DNA of 64,000 nt from assembly GCA_017652705.1 (NCBI GenBank), contig JAGCAM010000079.1:11475-75474 (forward strand), given 5' to 3'. Each line of letters begins with the position of its first letter. Position 1 is the first letter of the stretch. The notes below the pieces were generated by a model. It worked only from the letters and a program-made list of their open reading frames with translations, had not been told where the DNA came from and made no database searches. Source of the stretch: Kiritimatiellia bacterium. Lineage in GTDB: Bacteria; Verrucomicrobiota; Kiritimatiellia; RFP12; UBA1067. This document shows, piece after piece, positions 1 to 7,991 of the stretch. Made by a program: the position numbers and the translations under genes.

Positions 1-611
1 CCCTCCTCGCCGCAGTTCGCGTAGAAGTCCGCCACCTTGAAACCCTCGTGCGCGGCGATCGCCCTCACCGCGTCGACGTATTCCTTGAGATACACGCCGT
101 TTTTCGCATCGTACGAATGCGCCGGCAGATACTTGCCGAAACCGTACGACTTGCGCGGCGTGCAGAGTATTATCTTCGCCTTCGGATTCGCCGCGCGCAT
201 TTTGTCCACCAGCACCCTGTACCTGGCGTAGAAGGTCTTGTTGGTGGATCCGGCGAGATATTCGGACATGTCGCCCACCTTGGTGAGCTTGCCCCAGTCG
301 TTGATGCCGTGCTCGACGGTGTAGTAGTCGGCCCTCGGCACGTCGTGCGCGGCCTGCCCCACCACCGTGCCGCCGTTGATCGCCGGGTTCACGAACCCGT
401 CGAACTTGAGAACGTCCATCACCCGGCTCTGATAACCGCGGGAGAATCTGCCGCCGGACGCCTTGACGTTGTCGTTGTACCACGAGATGGACGTTCCCAG
501 ACTGCACCAGGTTCCGTTCATCTTGCGTTCCGCGAACGGATCGCGCCCGAATATCGCGCACCCTGCAATGAGCGCTGCACCCGCAGCCGCGGCGACTTGT
601 TCGAATTTCAT
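1..611 (-). CDS. SGNH/GDSL-type hydrolase lipoprotein. Partial: the N-terminus is in the window and the C-terminus runs off the left edge.
   Basis: I translated the reverse strand from the ATG at 609-611. The product begins MKFEQVAAAAGAALIAGCAIF, a signal peptide with a lipobox Cys, followed by sequence typical of the SGNH hydrolase fold. There is no stop codon inside the window. The upstream sequence GAAAGGAAAG is RBS-like. Confidence 0.5.
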   Translation of the reverse strand, partial: MKFEQVAAAAGAALIAGCAIFGRDPFAERKMNGTWCSLGTSISWYNDNVKASGGRFSRGYQSRVMDVLKFDGFVNPAINGGTVVGQAAHDVPRADYYTVEHGINDWGKLTKVGDMSEYLAGSTNKTFYARYRVLVDKMRAANPKAKIILCTPRKSYGFGKYLPAHSYDAKNGVYLKEYVDAVRAIAAHEGFKVADFYANCGEE

Positions 612-636
612 CAGTTCTTGCTTTCCTTTCTGTCGT

Positions 637-2385
637 TCAGTTGAAATCAAGCTGCTCCGCGCCATCCGGCCGCAGCGCCGCCTTGACCGCCGCGACGGCT
701 TCGGCTGCCGGGGAGATCACGGTTTTCGTCTTGTCGTCGCGGCGGCGCTTGACCTCCACCCCGCCTTTGGCGAGACCCTTGGCGCCGACCACCACCCGCA
801 CCGGGAAACCGATTAGATCCGCGTCTTTGAACTTGACGCCGGGTCTTTCGGCGCGGTCGTCCACGATGACGTCGATCCCCTCCGCCTCGAGCGCCGCCTC
901 AAGATCGAACGCAGCTTTCGCGGCGCCGTCGTCGGACGGGTCGAGCAGACAGACGCACACCTGGAAAGGCGCCACCGACGGCGGCCAGATTATGCCGTCT
1001 TTATCGTGGCTCTGCTCGATCACCGCCTGCATTGTGCGGCTGACGCCGATTCCGTAGCAGCCCATCGCCATGACCTGGTCTTCGAGGTTGCCGTTCTTGT
1101 AAACCGCGTTGAACGCGGCGGTGTATTTGACGCCGAGTTTGAAAACGTGCCCGACTTCGATGCCGCGCTTCACCGCCAGCGGACGGCCGCACTTCGCGCA
1201 GGCGTCGCCGTCTCTCGCTATCGCCAGATCGGCGTAGTCCCCCACGGCGATCTTCGCGTCGCGGGCGAGATCGACGTTCTTCGTGTGATAACCGTCCCGG
1301 TTGGCGCCGACGATGCACCCGGACGCCCCTTTCAGATCGAAATCGGCGACGATGCGCAGCGAAGAATCGGTCGGCCGCACCGGGCCCACCGAACCGGCGT
1401 TGGCGCCGGTCACGCGCAGCACCGTGTCGAAATCGGCGAGTTCCACTTTTTTCGCGCCGAGAAAATGCCGCAGCTTCACCTCGTTGACGTCGCGGTCGCC
1501 GGGCAGGCAGACCATCACCGGCGTGCCGTCGGCGCTGTACACGAGCGACTTGACGAACGCCGACCCCGGCACCCCCATGAACTTCGACACCTGCTCGATC
1601 GTCTTCGCCCCCGGCGTGGGTATCGTTTCGGGCGCGCCGCACTCGGCGGCGGCCGCGGCCGCCGCCGCACGGCGTTCGGCCTTCTCGAGATTCGCCGCGT
1701 AACCGCACCCGTCGCAGAAGGCGATGCCGTCTTCGCCCGAATCCGCCAGCACGTGGAATTCGTGGGAGAATTTGCCGCCGATGTCGCCGGTGTCGGCCTC
1801 GACCGGATACGCCTTCAGACCGCACCGTTCAAACACCCGCCTGTACGCCCTGTACATCGCCGTGTAGCTCGCGTCCGCGGCCTCCAGCGAAGTGTCGAAG
1901 GAGTATGCGTCCTTCATCAGAAACTCCTTGGAACGCATCAGCCCGAATCGCGGCCGTATCTCGTCGCGGAACTTCCACTGAATCTGGTAGACGGTGAGCG
2001 GCAGCTGCCGGTATGAGCTGACCACCGATTTGACGACGTCGGTCACCATCTCCTCGGCAGTGGGTGAAAGCGCGTAGTCGTGGGCGGCGCGGTCCTTCAG
2101 CCGGAACATCCCCGGCCCCATCGACTCCCACCTGCCGGACGTCTTCCAAAGTTCGGCCGGCTGGAGAATCGGCATCACGATTTCCTGAGCGCCGGCGCGG
2201 TCCATCTCCTCGCGGATTATCCGCTGGATCTTGTTGAGCGAGCGCATGCCGAGGGGCAGATAGGTGTACAGCCCGCCGGCGACCTTCTTCATCAGCCCCG
2301 CGCGGACGAGCAGCTTGTGCGAGTCAATTTCCGCGTCGCCGGGATCTTCGCGAAGCGTCTGAATCAAAAACTTTGTCCATCTCAT
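637..2385 (-). CDS. proS: Prolyl-tRNA synthetase, bacterial type with an editing insertion domain.
   Basis: The 582-aa ORF has class II aaRS motifs and the ProRS architecture (MRWTKFLIQTLREDPGDAEIDSHKLLVRAGL...). The length fits bacterial ProRS with the INS editing domain. Confidence 0.93.
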   Translation of the reverse strand: MRWTKFLIQTLREDPGDAEIDSHKLLVRAGLMKKVAGGLYTYLPLGMRSLNKIQRIIREEMDRAGAQEIVMPILQPAELWKTSGRWESMGPGMFRLKDRAAHDYALSPTAEEMVTDVVKSVVSSYRQLPLTVYQIQWKFRDEIRPRFGLMRSKEFLMKDAYSFDTSLEAADASYTAMYRAYRRVFERCGLKAYPVEADTGDIGGKFSHEFHVLADSGEDGIAFCDGCGYAANLEKAERRAAAAAAAAECGAPETIPTPGAKTIEQVSKFMGVPGSAFVKSLVYSADGTPVMVCLPGDRDVNEVKLRHFLGAKKVELADFDTVLRVTGANAGSVGPVRPTDSSLRIVADFDLKGASGCIVGANRDGYHTKNVDLARDAKIAVGDYADLAIARDGDACAKCGRPLAVKRGIEVGHVFKLGVKYTAAFNAVYKNGNLEDQVMAMGCYGIGVSRTMQAVIEQSHDKDGIIWPPSVAPFQVCVCLLDPSDDGAAKAAFDLEAALEAEGIDVIVDDRAERPGVKFKDADLIGFPVRVVVGAKGLAKGGVEVKRRRDDKTKTVISPAAEAVAAVKAALRPDGAEQLDFN

Positions 2386-2394
2386 AGTTGAACA

Positions 2395-3351
2395 TTATAC
2401 CATATTTCGGCGCAGCCCGCCGCTCTCGTAGATGCGCTCGATCAGCGAAACCGATTTGCGCGCCTCCTCGCCTGGCACAGGATACGGCGCACCGCTGTCC
2501 AGCGAACCGGCGAACGCCTCGAAGCACCGGAGATGCCCTTCGTACTCCAGCTGGTCCGGACGCGACGCGCCGGTAACGGCGTCGGTCACCTCTAAAGTGC
2601 CGGCGGTGCCGGTGATTTCCAGCATTTTACCGCGCCCGGGGAACGACGCGGTCGTCGCATATACGCCGCCGAGCGCCCCGCCCTTGAAAAGAATCGCCGC
2701 CGAGACCGTGTCCTCGGCCTCCATGGGGTGCGCCAGCGTCGCCGCGAACGCCTTCACCTCCACGACTTCGGGCATGAGCGCCGTAAGCCAGTCGATCATG
2801 TGGATCGACTGGTTCATGAGCGCGCCGCCGCCGTCCACCGCCCAGGTGCCGTGCCACGACGACTTGGTGTAGTACTCGTCGCCCCGCCACCAGGGTATGC
2901 GCACCCCGGCGTAGGTGATGCGCCCTAGTTCGCCGTTCTCCACCTTGCGCTTCGCCTCGAGGAACTCGTCGGTCCAGCGCGTCTGGAAAATGCAGCCGAG
3001 CGGCGTCGACGTCGCTCGGCACGCGGCGATCAGCTCGTCGATGCGCGCGGTGGTTATCGACAGCGGCTTCTCCACCAGCACCGGAACGCGGTGCGCGGCG
3101 GCGGCCTTCACCGCCTCGTCGTGACCGCCCGAAGCGGTGGCCACGCTCACCATGCCCGCGCCGGACTCCTCCAGCGCCGCGTCGAGGCCGCCCCACGCGC
3201 CGCCGCCGAACTCCGCGGACGCCTTCCGTGCGCTCTCCGGCATGAACGTGTCGCAGAAACCCGCCAGCTCGAGGTTTCCGGACGCGTTCACCGCCCGCGC
3301 GTGGAACCTTGCGATCAGCCCGGATCCGACAATCAGTACTTTTTTACCCAC
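2395..3351 (-). CDS. Gfo/Idh/MocA family NAD(P)-dependent oxidoreductase, cytoplasmic (no signal peptide).
   Basis: The N-terminal Rossmann motif is MGKKVLIVGSGLIARFHARAV. The length and C-terminal domain are typical of the family. It sits 9 bp from rubrerythrin on one side and 9 bp from proS on the other. Confidence 0.8.
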   Translation of the reverse strand: MGKKVLIVGSGLIARFHARAVNASGNLELAGFCDTFMPESARKASAEFGGGAWGGLDAALEESGAGMVSVATASGGHDEAVKAAAAHRVPVLVEKPLSITTARIDELIAACRATSTPLGCIFQTRWTDEFLEAKRKVENGELGRITYAGVRIPWWRGDEYYTKSSWHGTWAVDGGGALMNQSIHMIDWLTALMPEVVEVKAFAATLAHPMEAEDTVSAAILFKGGALGGVYATTASFPGRGKMLEITGTAGTLEVTDAVTGASRPDQLEYEGHLRCFEAFAGSLDSGAPYPVPGEEARKSVSLIERIYESGGLRRNMV

Positions 3352-3360
3352 CGCGGAACC

Positions 3361-3894
3361 TCAGAAATTGTCCTGCTGCAGCTGGAAGTACGCCTTCGGA
3401 TGTGCGCAGACCGGACACTTTTCGGGCGCCTTCTCGCCCTCGACGATCGCGCCGCAGTTGCGGCACTGCCATTTGTTCACGCCGACGCGCACCCAGACTT
3501 CACCGGCTTCGATGTTCTTCGCAAGCTTGCGGTAGCGCTCCTCGTGGTGTTTTTCAACCTCGGCCACCTTTGAGAAGAGAAACGCCAGCTGGGTGAAGCC
3601 CTCTTCTTTCGCCTCCTCGGCGAATCGCTTGTACATGCCGGTCCACTCTTCATGTTCGCCGGCCGCCGCGGCAAGCAGATTCGCCGGCGTGTCGCCGATT
3701 CCGTCCAGCGCCTTGAACCAGAGTTTCGCGTGTTCCTTCTCGTTCAGCGCGGTTTCCTGAAAGATCGCCGCGATCTGCTCGTAGCCGTCCTTCTTCGCGC
3801 GGGAGGCGAAGTAGTCGTATTTGTTGCGGGCCTGCGATTCGCCGGCGAACGCGGTCTGCAGATTCTTTTCGGTTTTTGATCCTTTGAGTTCCAT
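3361..3894 (-). CDS. rbr: Rubrerythrin: a ferritin-like diiron domain plus a C-terminal rubredoxin-like CxxC...CxxC domain.
   Basis: The 177-aa ORF contains [10 protein letters not shown] and EEAKEEG...EKHHEERY diiron ligand motifs. The C-terminus reads CRNCG...CPVCAHPK. An AGGAGG RBS lies 6 nt upstream of the ATG. Confidence 0.9.
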   Translation of the reverse strand: MELKGSKTEKNLQTAFAGESQARNKYDYFASRAKKDGYEQIAAIFQETALNEKEHAKLWFKALDGIGDTPANLLAAAAGEHEEWTGMYKRFAEEAKEEGFTQLAFLFSKVAEVEKHHEERYRKLAKNIEAGEVWVRVGVNKWQCRNCGAIVEGEKAPEKCPVCAHPKAYFQLQQDNF

Positions 3895-3932
3895 ATTCCC
3901 TCCTAAGTTTTTTTGCGTCAGGTTGATTTTGA

Positions 3933-3962
3933 ATTATACCACACCGCCGCGCAGACGGTCAA
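3933..3962 (-). promoter_or_regulatory. Sigma70-like promoter for rubrerythrin and the downstream operon: TTGACC-N18-TG-n-TATAAT.
   Basis: The reverse complement of 3933-3962 reads TTGACCgtctgcgcggcggtgtggTATAAT, with an extended -10 TG. It lies about 30 nt upstream of the AGGAGG RBS and ATG of rbr. Confidence 0.5.
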
Positions 3963-4218
3963 CCGCGGCGCCATCGCCACGCCCAGCCCCGAAGTCAACT
4001 CCGATGGCCTGCAAAGAAGGCTCCGCTACCGCTGCGCCCGAAGCTTCGCGCTCCCTGGCCGCTCAGAGGTTCAGCAGGAAATGCCGTCAAAAATCGGGGT
4101 ATGCGTGGAGATATAGCCTGATTGACGGCAGTCGCTGGCTGGTGAACGCGAAGGGCGAATTTGTTGCGAGCGGGCAGAATAGAGGCGCGAGAACACTCGC
4201 ATGGCTTTAGCCGCTCGC

Positions 4219-4251
4219 GGGGGTACCCACTTTTCGATTTTGGGGTACCCC
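4219..4251. promoter_or_regulatory. Two palindromic decamers in direct repeat, GGGGGTACCC-N13-GGGGTACCCC; a candidate operator-like element.
   Basis: This is seen directly in the sequence. Each copy is itself a palindrome (GGTACC core). The center-to-center spacing is 23 bp. The element sits in the 590-bp non-coding gap upstream of the rbr promoter. Confidence 0.3.
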
Positions 4252-4382
4252 TTTGCCGCTATAGTTGCATAGGAACGTCCCCGTGCACTTGTGGATCACC
4301 TCCGCCACGCAGATTCCAACACGGCGCGGCAAAAATTGTATTTGCGGAACGCGGCGGCCGCCACGGGCTGCCGTACGTCTTG

Positions 4383-4421
4383 TGCCACCCTTATCCCGGA
4401 TTTTCCGGGATAAGGGTGGCA
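4383..4421. repeat. Perfect inverted repeat forming a hairpin with 17-18-bp arms and a 3-nt loop. It lies about 58 bp downstream of the minus-strand glycosyltransferase gene. It may be a terminator or a protein-binding palindrome.
   Basis: The left arm GCCACCCTTATCCCGGA at 4384-4400 is the exact reverse complement of the right arm at 4404-4420, with a TTT loop. There is no flanking U-tract on either strand, so it is not a canonical intrinsic terminator. Confidence 0.55.
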
Positions 4422-4479
4422 TCGCCAGAAAGATTGCTTTTTGGCGTCGGAAAACAGTCGCAATGATTGCGGCAAGGGA

Positions 4480-5181
4480 TCACGGCCGGAAGGCGTAGAA
4501 AAACCAGCGGAGATAGTTGGGCAGCCACTTCCAAAGCTTGAAGTTGCTCTTGCCCGCCACCCGGTCGCGCCAGGTGGTGGGGACTTCGACGATCTTCCTG
4601 CCCGCGGCGCGCGCCTTTACCACCAGTTCGATGCCGAGCTCGAAACCGCCCGTCGACTCGATGGTCACCGTCTTCAGGAACGACTTGCGGTAGAGCTTGA
4701 AACTGTTGGTCGGGTCGTGCGTCGGCAGCCGCGCGAACCAGCAGAGCAGCAAGCCTGCCGTGCGCGAGAGAAGGCCCTTGAACTTCGGGCCGCCGTACTG
4801 CCTGCCGCCTTTCATGTAGCGCGAGGCGCAGACGATGTCGGCATTGTCGCGGTCGGCGGCGGCAACCATGTCGTTGATGACCCCGGGCGGATCGCACAAG
4901 TCCGCCATGGTGACCACCACCAACTCCCCCGGCGCTTCTTCGAGACCGGTCTTGATCGCATTGAGCGCGCCGCGTCCGTACTTGTTCTTCAGGAGCGTGA
5001 ACGGAAGCCTCGTTTTGCCTTCCAGCTCCCGCGCCGGCGCGAGCGTGGTGTCGTCGTCCCGGTCGTAGACGAGAGAAGTTTCGGCTTCAACAGCGACCTT
5101 GGCGTCGAGTTCCGCCAAGGTCGTGCGGATGTTGTCCCCTTCGTTGTAGACGGGGACGACGATGGAGACGCGCGCGCTCAA
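4480..5181 (-). CDS. Family 2 glycosyltransferase, of the polyprenyl-phosphate sugar synthase type (DPM1/ArnC-like).
   Basis: The N-terminus SIVVPVYNEGDNI and a DxD-type region identify GT2. The 233-aa size is typical of dolichyl/undecaprenyl-phosphate glycosyltransferases. Its start overlaps the epimerase stop by 4 bp. Confidence 0.8.
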   Translation of the reverse strand: MSARVSIVVPVYNEGDNIRTTLAELDAKVAVEAETSLVYDRDDDTTLAPARELEGKTRLPFTLLKNKYGRGALNAIKTGLEEAPGELVVVTMADLCDPPGVINDMVAAADRDNADIVCASRYMKGGRQYGGPKFKGLLSRTAGLLLCWFARLPTHDPTNSFKLYRKSFLKTVTIESTGGFELGIELVVKARAAGRKIVEVPTTWRDRVAGKSNFKLWKWLPNYLRWFFYAFRP

Positions 5182-6200
5182 ATGCCGCCGATCCGGATCT
5201 GCTCCTCGATCCAGGGCATCACCTCGTCGAGAATCTGGTCGAGCGTCGTGTCCGCCGAGAAGCCGAGGAGCTTCTTGGCCTTGTCCACCGCCGGGACGCG
5301 CTTCTGGACGTCATACTTGAACGGCTCGTCCGAAACGTACTTGAACGGCTTCGCGCCCTTGTGGCGGCGGTTCCAGATGTTCTGAGCGAGTTCCAGCACC
5401 GTGGTCGAGACCGGCGTGGAGAGGTTGAAGTCCTCGTTAACCGCCTCCGGCTTCTCGATGCAGAGGCGGATGCCCCGCGCGAGGTCGCCGCCGTAGGTGT
5501 AGTGACGAACCTGGTTGCCGGCGCCGAGGATGTGGAGCGGATCCTGCCCCTTGAACACCTTCTGCACCAGGTCCGGCACGACATGGCTCATGGCGAGCTT
5601 GACGTTCCCGCTCTCGATCTCCGTATCGCACAAGGCGCGCTTCTCGCCGATGCCGACGCAGTTGAACGGGCGGATGACGGTGTAGGGAAGCTGGTACTGC
5701 TCCCAGGCGCCCTGCGCGAAGTACTCGCAGGCGAGTTTCTGAAAGCCGTAGGTCGAGGACGGAGGCGGACACTTGCGCGCCTCCGTCTCAGGCGTCGGGT
5801 AGATGGCGGTATTCTCGAAGACCATCGACGACGAGAGGACGTTGATCTTCTTGAGCTTCGCGTTCTTCTTCGCCCAGACGGCGGTGTCGAACGTCGCCGC
5901 GGCGATTCGCTCGTTCTCCGCGAGGAGGTCGTAGGCGAAGGTGTGGAAGTAGGATATGCCCCCGATCATCGCAGCCGCGCCGAGGATCTGGTCGCAGTCC
6001 TTGACCAGGTCCTTCATCAGGTCGAGGTCCTTGACGTCGCCGCGGGTGAAGTGGTAGTTGGGGTGGTTGTCGTAGCTCTTCTTGACGGGCCCGTACTTGG
6101 AGAAGTTGTCGATGCCGACGACTTCGTGTCCGTGGTTGAGCAGCTCTTCGACGAGATATCCGCAGATGAACCCGGCGGAACCGGTTACCAGTATTTTCAT
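5178..6200 (-). CDS. NAD-dependent epimerase/dehydratase of the extended SDR family. It could be a UDP-sugar 4-epimerase or a UDP-glucuronate decarboxylase; these cannot be told apart by eye.
   Basis: The N-terminal Rossmann motif is MKILVTGSAGFICGYLVEELL. A YxxxK-type catalytic region is present. The ORF is 340 aa. Confidence 0.8.
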   Translation of the reverse strand: MKILVTGSAGFICGYLVEELLNHGHEVVGIDNFSKYGPVKKSYDNHPNYHFTRGDVKDLDLMKDLVKDCDQILGAAAMIGGISYFHTFAYDLLAENERIAAATFDTAVWAKKNAKLKKINVLSSSMVFENTAIYPTPETEARKCPPPSSTYGFQKLACEYFAQGAWEQYQLPYTVIRPFNCVGIGEKRALCDTEIESGNVKLAMSHVVPDLVQKVFKGQDPLHILGAGNQVRHYTYGGDLARGIRLCIEKPEAVNEDFNLSTPVSTTVLELAQNIWNRRHKGAKPFKYVSDEPFKYDVQKRVPAVDKAKKLLGFSADTTLDQILDEVMPWIEEQIRIGGI

Positions 6201-6498
6201 GTCTTACCTCTTTTTTGTGATTAAAGGAATCTCCTTGCCGGAATCGGCATCGTATTCGAAGTCAGACCCGGCCTCCGCGACCAACTTGCCCGCACCGCGG
6301 CAAAATGCAACTTGACAGTCGTCAGTCGCATAGCTGCGACGGCAATAGCCGGGCGACAGGCGGATGCGTCTTCCCGCCCTGCCCGAAGGCTCTTTCTGAC
6401 TGCAGAGCCCGTACGACACGGAGAAAAGTTCTGACACCTCGGTCCATTCGGCATCATTGAGAGTCGAACCTGGTCGAACCGAACATGTCAGAACCGCG

Positions 6499-7683
6499 TC
6501 ACCCATTGCGCCAACATCCCCAGCAGTCAACGAAAGGCTTTCTTATCCGCAATTTCCTGTACGCCGAGTGGGGTACGCCGAGGATGATGCCGTCCGACTC
6601 CTTGACGAATGCCTTGAGCGGCGTCGTGCCGGGCACGAACTCGTCGGTGACGAGGACCTTCGCCATCTTCATCTCCAGGAGTTTCTTCACCTTGAACGAG
6701 AGCGATTCGCGGATGTCGTCGTTATCCGGCTTGAACGCCATGCCCATGATGCCGATCTTCTTACCCTTGAGCGAACCCATCTTCGCCTCCAACTGGGAGA
6801 CGAGGAAGTTGGGGAGCCCCTCGTTGACGAGCATCGCGGAGTGCCCGAGGAAGAACTCGTTGTTGTGGAAGGCCGAGAGCTGCATCGTGTCTTTGAAGAG
6901 ACACGGCCCAGCGGCCAGGCCGGCGCCGGCGAAGTGCTTCGCGCGCGGGTAGTCGTCTTTCATCGCCCGGAGGATGCGGTAGAAGTCAAGCCCCTGCTTC
7001 TCCACCATCATGTAGAACTGGTTGGCGATGGCGAATTCGAGGTAGCGCCAGGCGTTCGTCATCAGCTTGGCGAGCTCGGCCTCCTCCGGCTTGATGCGGA
7101 TGATCTTCGGCGCGATCGCTGAAAAGAGCGCGGCGGCGGCGTTTTCGGCCTTCTTGTTGACGCCCGAGACGAGCTGCGGCAGGTTGAATATCTCCTCGAT
7201 GCCCTTTCCCTGGACGATACGTTCGGGGCAGAACGCCAAATTGGCCGCGCCGAGCTTCGCCTTGAGCGCATCCTCGACGATGCGCGTCACGCCCGGAAAG
7301 ATCGTCGAGCGCAAGACCACCAACTGGCGCTTGTTGAGGTACGGCAGATAGGCGGCGAGCACCTTCATCACGTCGTGTATCTTGGGGTTCAAATGCTCGT
7401 CGACCGGCGTGCCCGTGACGAACACGACGACATCCTGCTTCTTCACCACTCCGGCGTCCGACGTCGCGCGCAGATTCCTGCCGACGTGCGCTTTCAAGAG
7501 CTCGGTCGCGCCGTCTTCCTTGAAAGGCAGGTGCGCCTTGTTGACATTCTCCACCGCCTTCGGATTGACGTCGAGGAGCGTCACATCGAAGTTTCTGCTC
7601 GCGAAGGCGAGACCAAGTGGCGTGCCGACATGGCCGCAGCCGCCGATGATGCAAATCTTCTTTGCCTTTAGAACTCTTTTCAT
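6499..7683 (-). CDS. UDP-glucose/GDP-mannose dehydrogenase family protein (nucleotide-sugar dehydrogenase).
   Basis: The family begins at MKRVLKAKKICIIGGCGHVGTPLG, an NAD-binding motif. The central and C-terminal dehydrogenase domains follow. The ORF track extends to 7941, but the extra 86 residues are Arg/Pro-rich junk. A TATAAT box lies 7 nt upstream of the ATG at 7683, so the transcript is possibly leaderless. Confidence 0.8.
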   Translation of the reverse strand: MKRVLKAKKICIIGGCGHVGTPLGLAFASRNFDVTLLDVNPKAVENVNKAHLPFKEDGATELLKAHVGRNLRATSDAGVVKKQDVVVFVTGTPVDEHLNPKIHDVMKVLAAYLPYLNKRQLVVLRSTIFPGVTRIVEDALKAKLGAANLAFCPERIVQGKGIEEIFNLPQLVSGVNKKAENAAAALFSAIAPKIIRIKPEEAELAKLMTNAWRYLEFAIANQFYMMVEKQGLDFYRILRAMKDDYPRAKHFAGAGLAAGPCLFKDTMQLSAFHNNEFFLGHSAMLVNEGLPNFLVSQLEAKMGSLKGKKIGIMGMAFKPDNDDIRESLSFKVKKLLEMKMAKVLVTDEFVPGTTPLKAFVKESDGIILGVPHSAYRKLRIRKPFVDCWGCWRNG

Positions 7684-7991
7684 GCCTGCAATTATATCAT
7701 ATTGCGGCGCTTCTTGGCGCTGATTTTGACGCCGCGGCTTTCCCCGGCCCGGCCGAAAGCGCCGAACGCAGCTCTCTGGCGGCGATTTCAAGGCGGCCGT
7801 TGAGACGGGCATAGGCTGCATCGCGGACCGCGTCGAAAGCGGTGCGCAGATTCTTTCGCCGAGCTTCGAAGGCGGCGAACCCCTCAGCCGGGCACCCCAT
7901 CGCGATTTCCGCGCGGCGAAACGTTCCCTCAGCGATTCCAACGCGCCGCTTGACGGATTTTTTCACCTGCGCATTCGCCCGCCGGCAGACG

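Noticed and set aside
4383-4421. Calling the perfect hairpin a rho-independent terminator.
   Set aside because: There is no U-rich tract on either strand adjacent to the stem. It is recorded as an inverted repeat of unknown function instead.
7684-7941. N-terminal 86-residue extension of the nucleotide-sugar dehydrogenase ORF (MESLRERFAARKSRWGARLRGSPP...).
   Set aside because: The extension is Arg/Pro-rich and unlike the family. The conserved Rossmann N-terminus MKRVLKAKKICIIGGCGHVG starts at the internal ATG at 7683. A TATAAT box also lies just upstream of that ATG.
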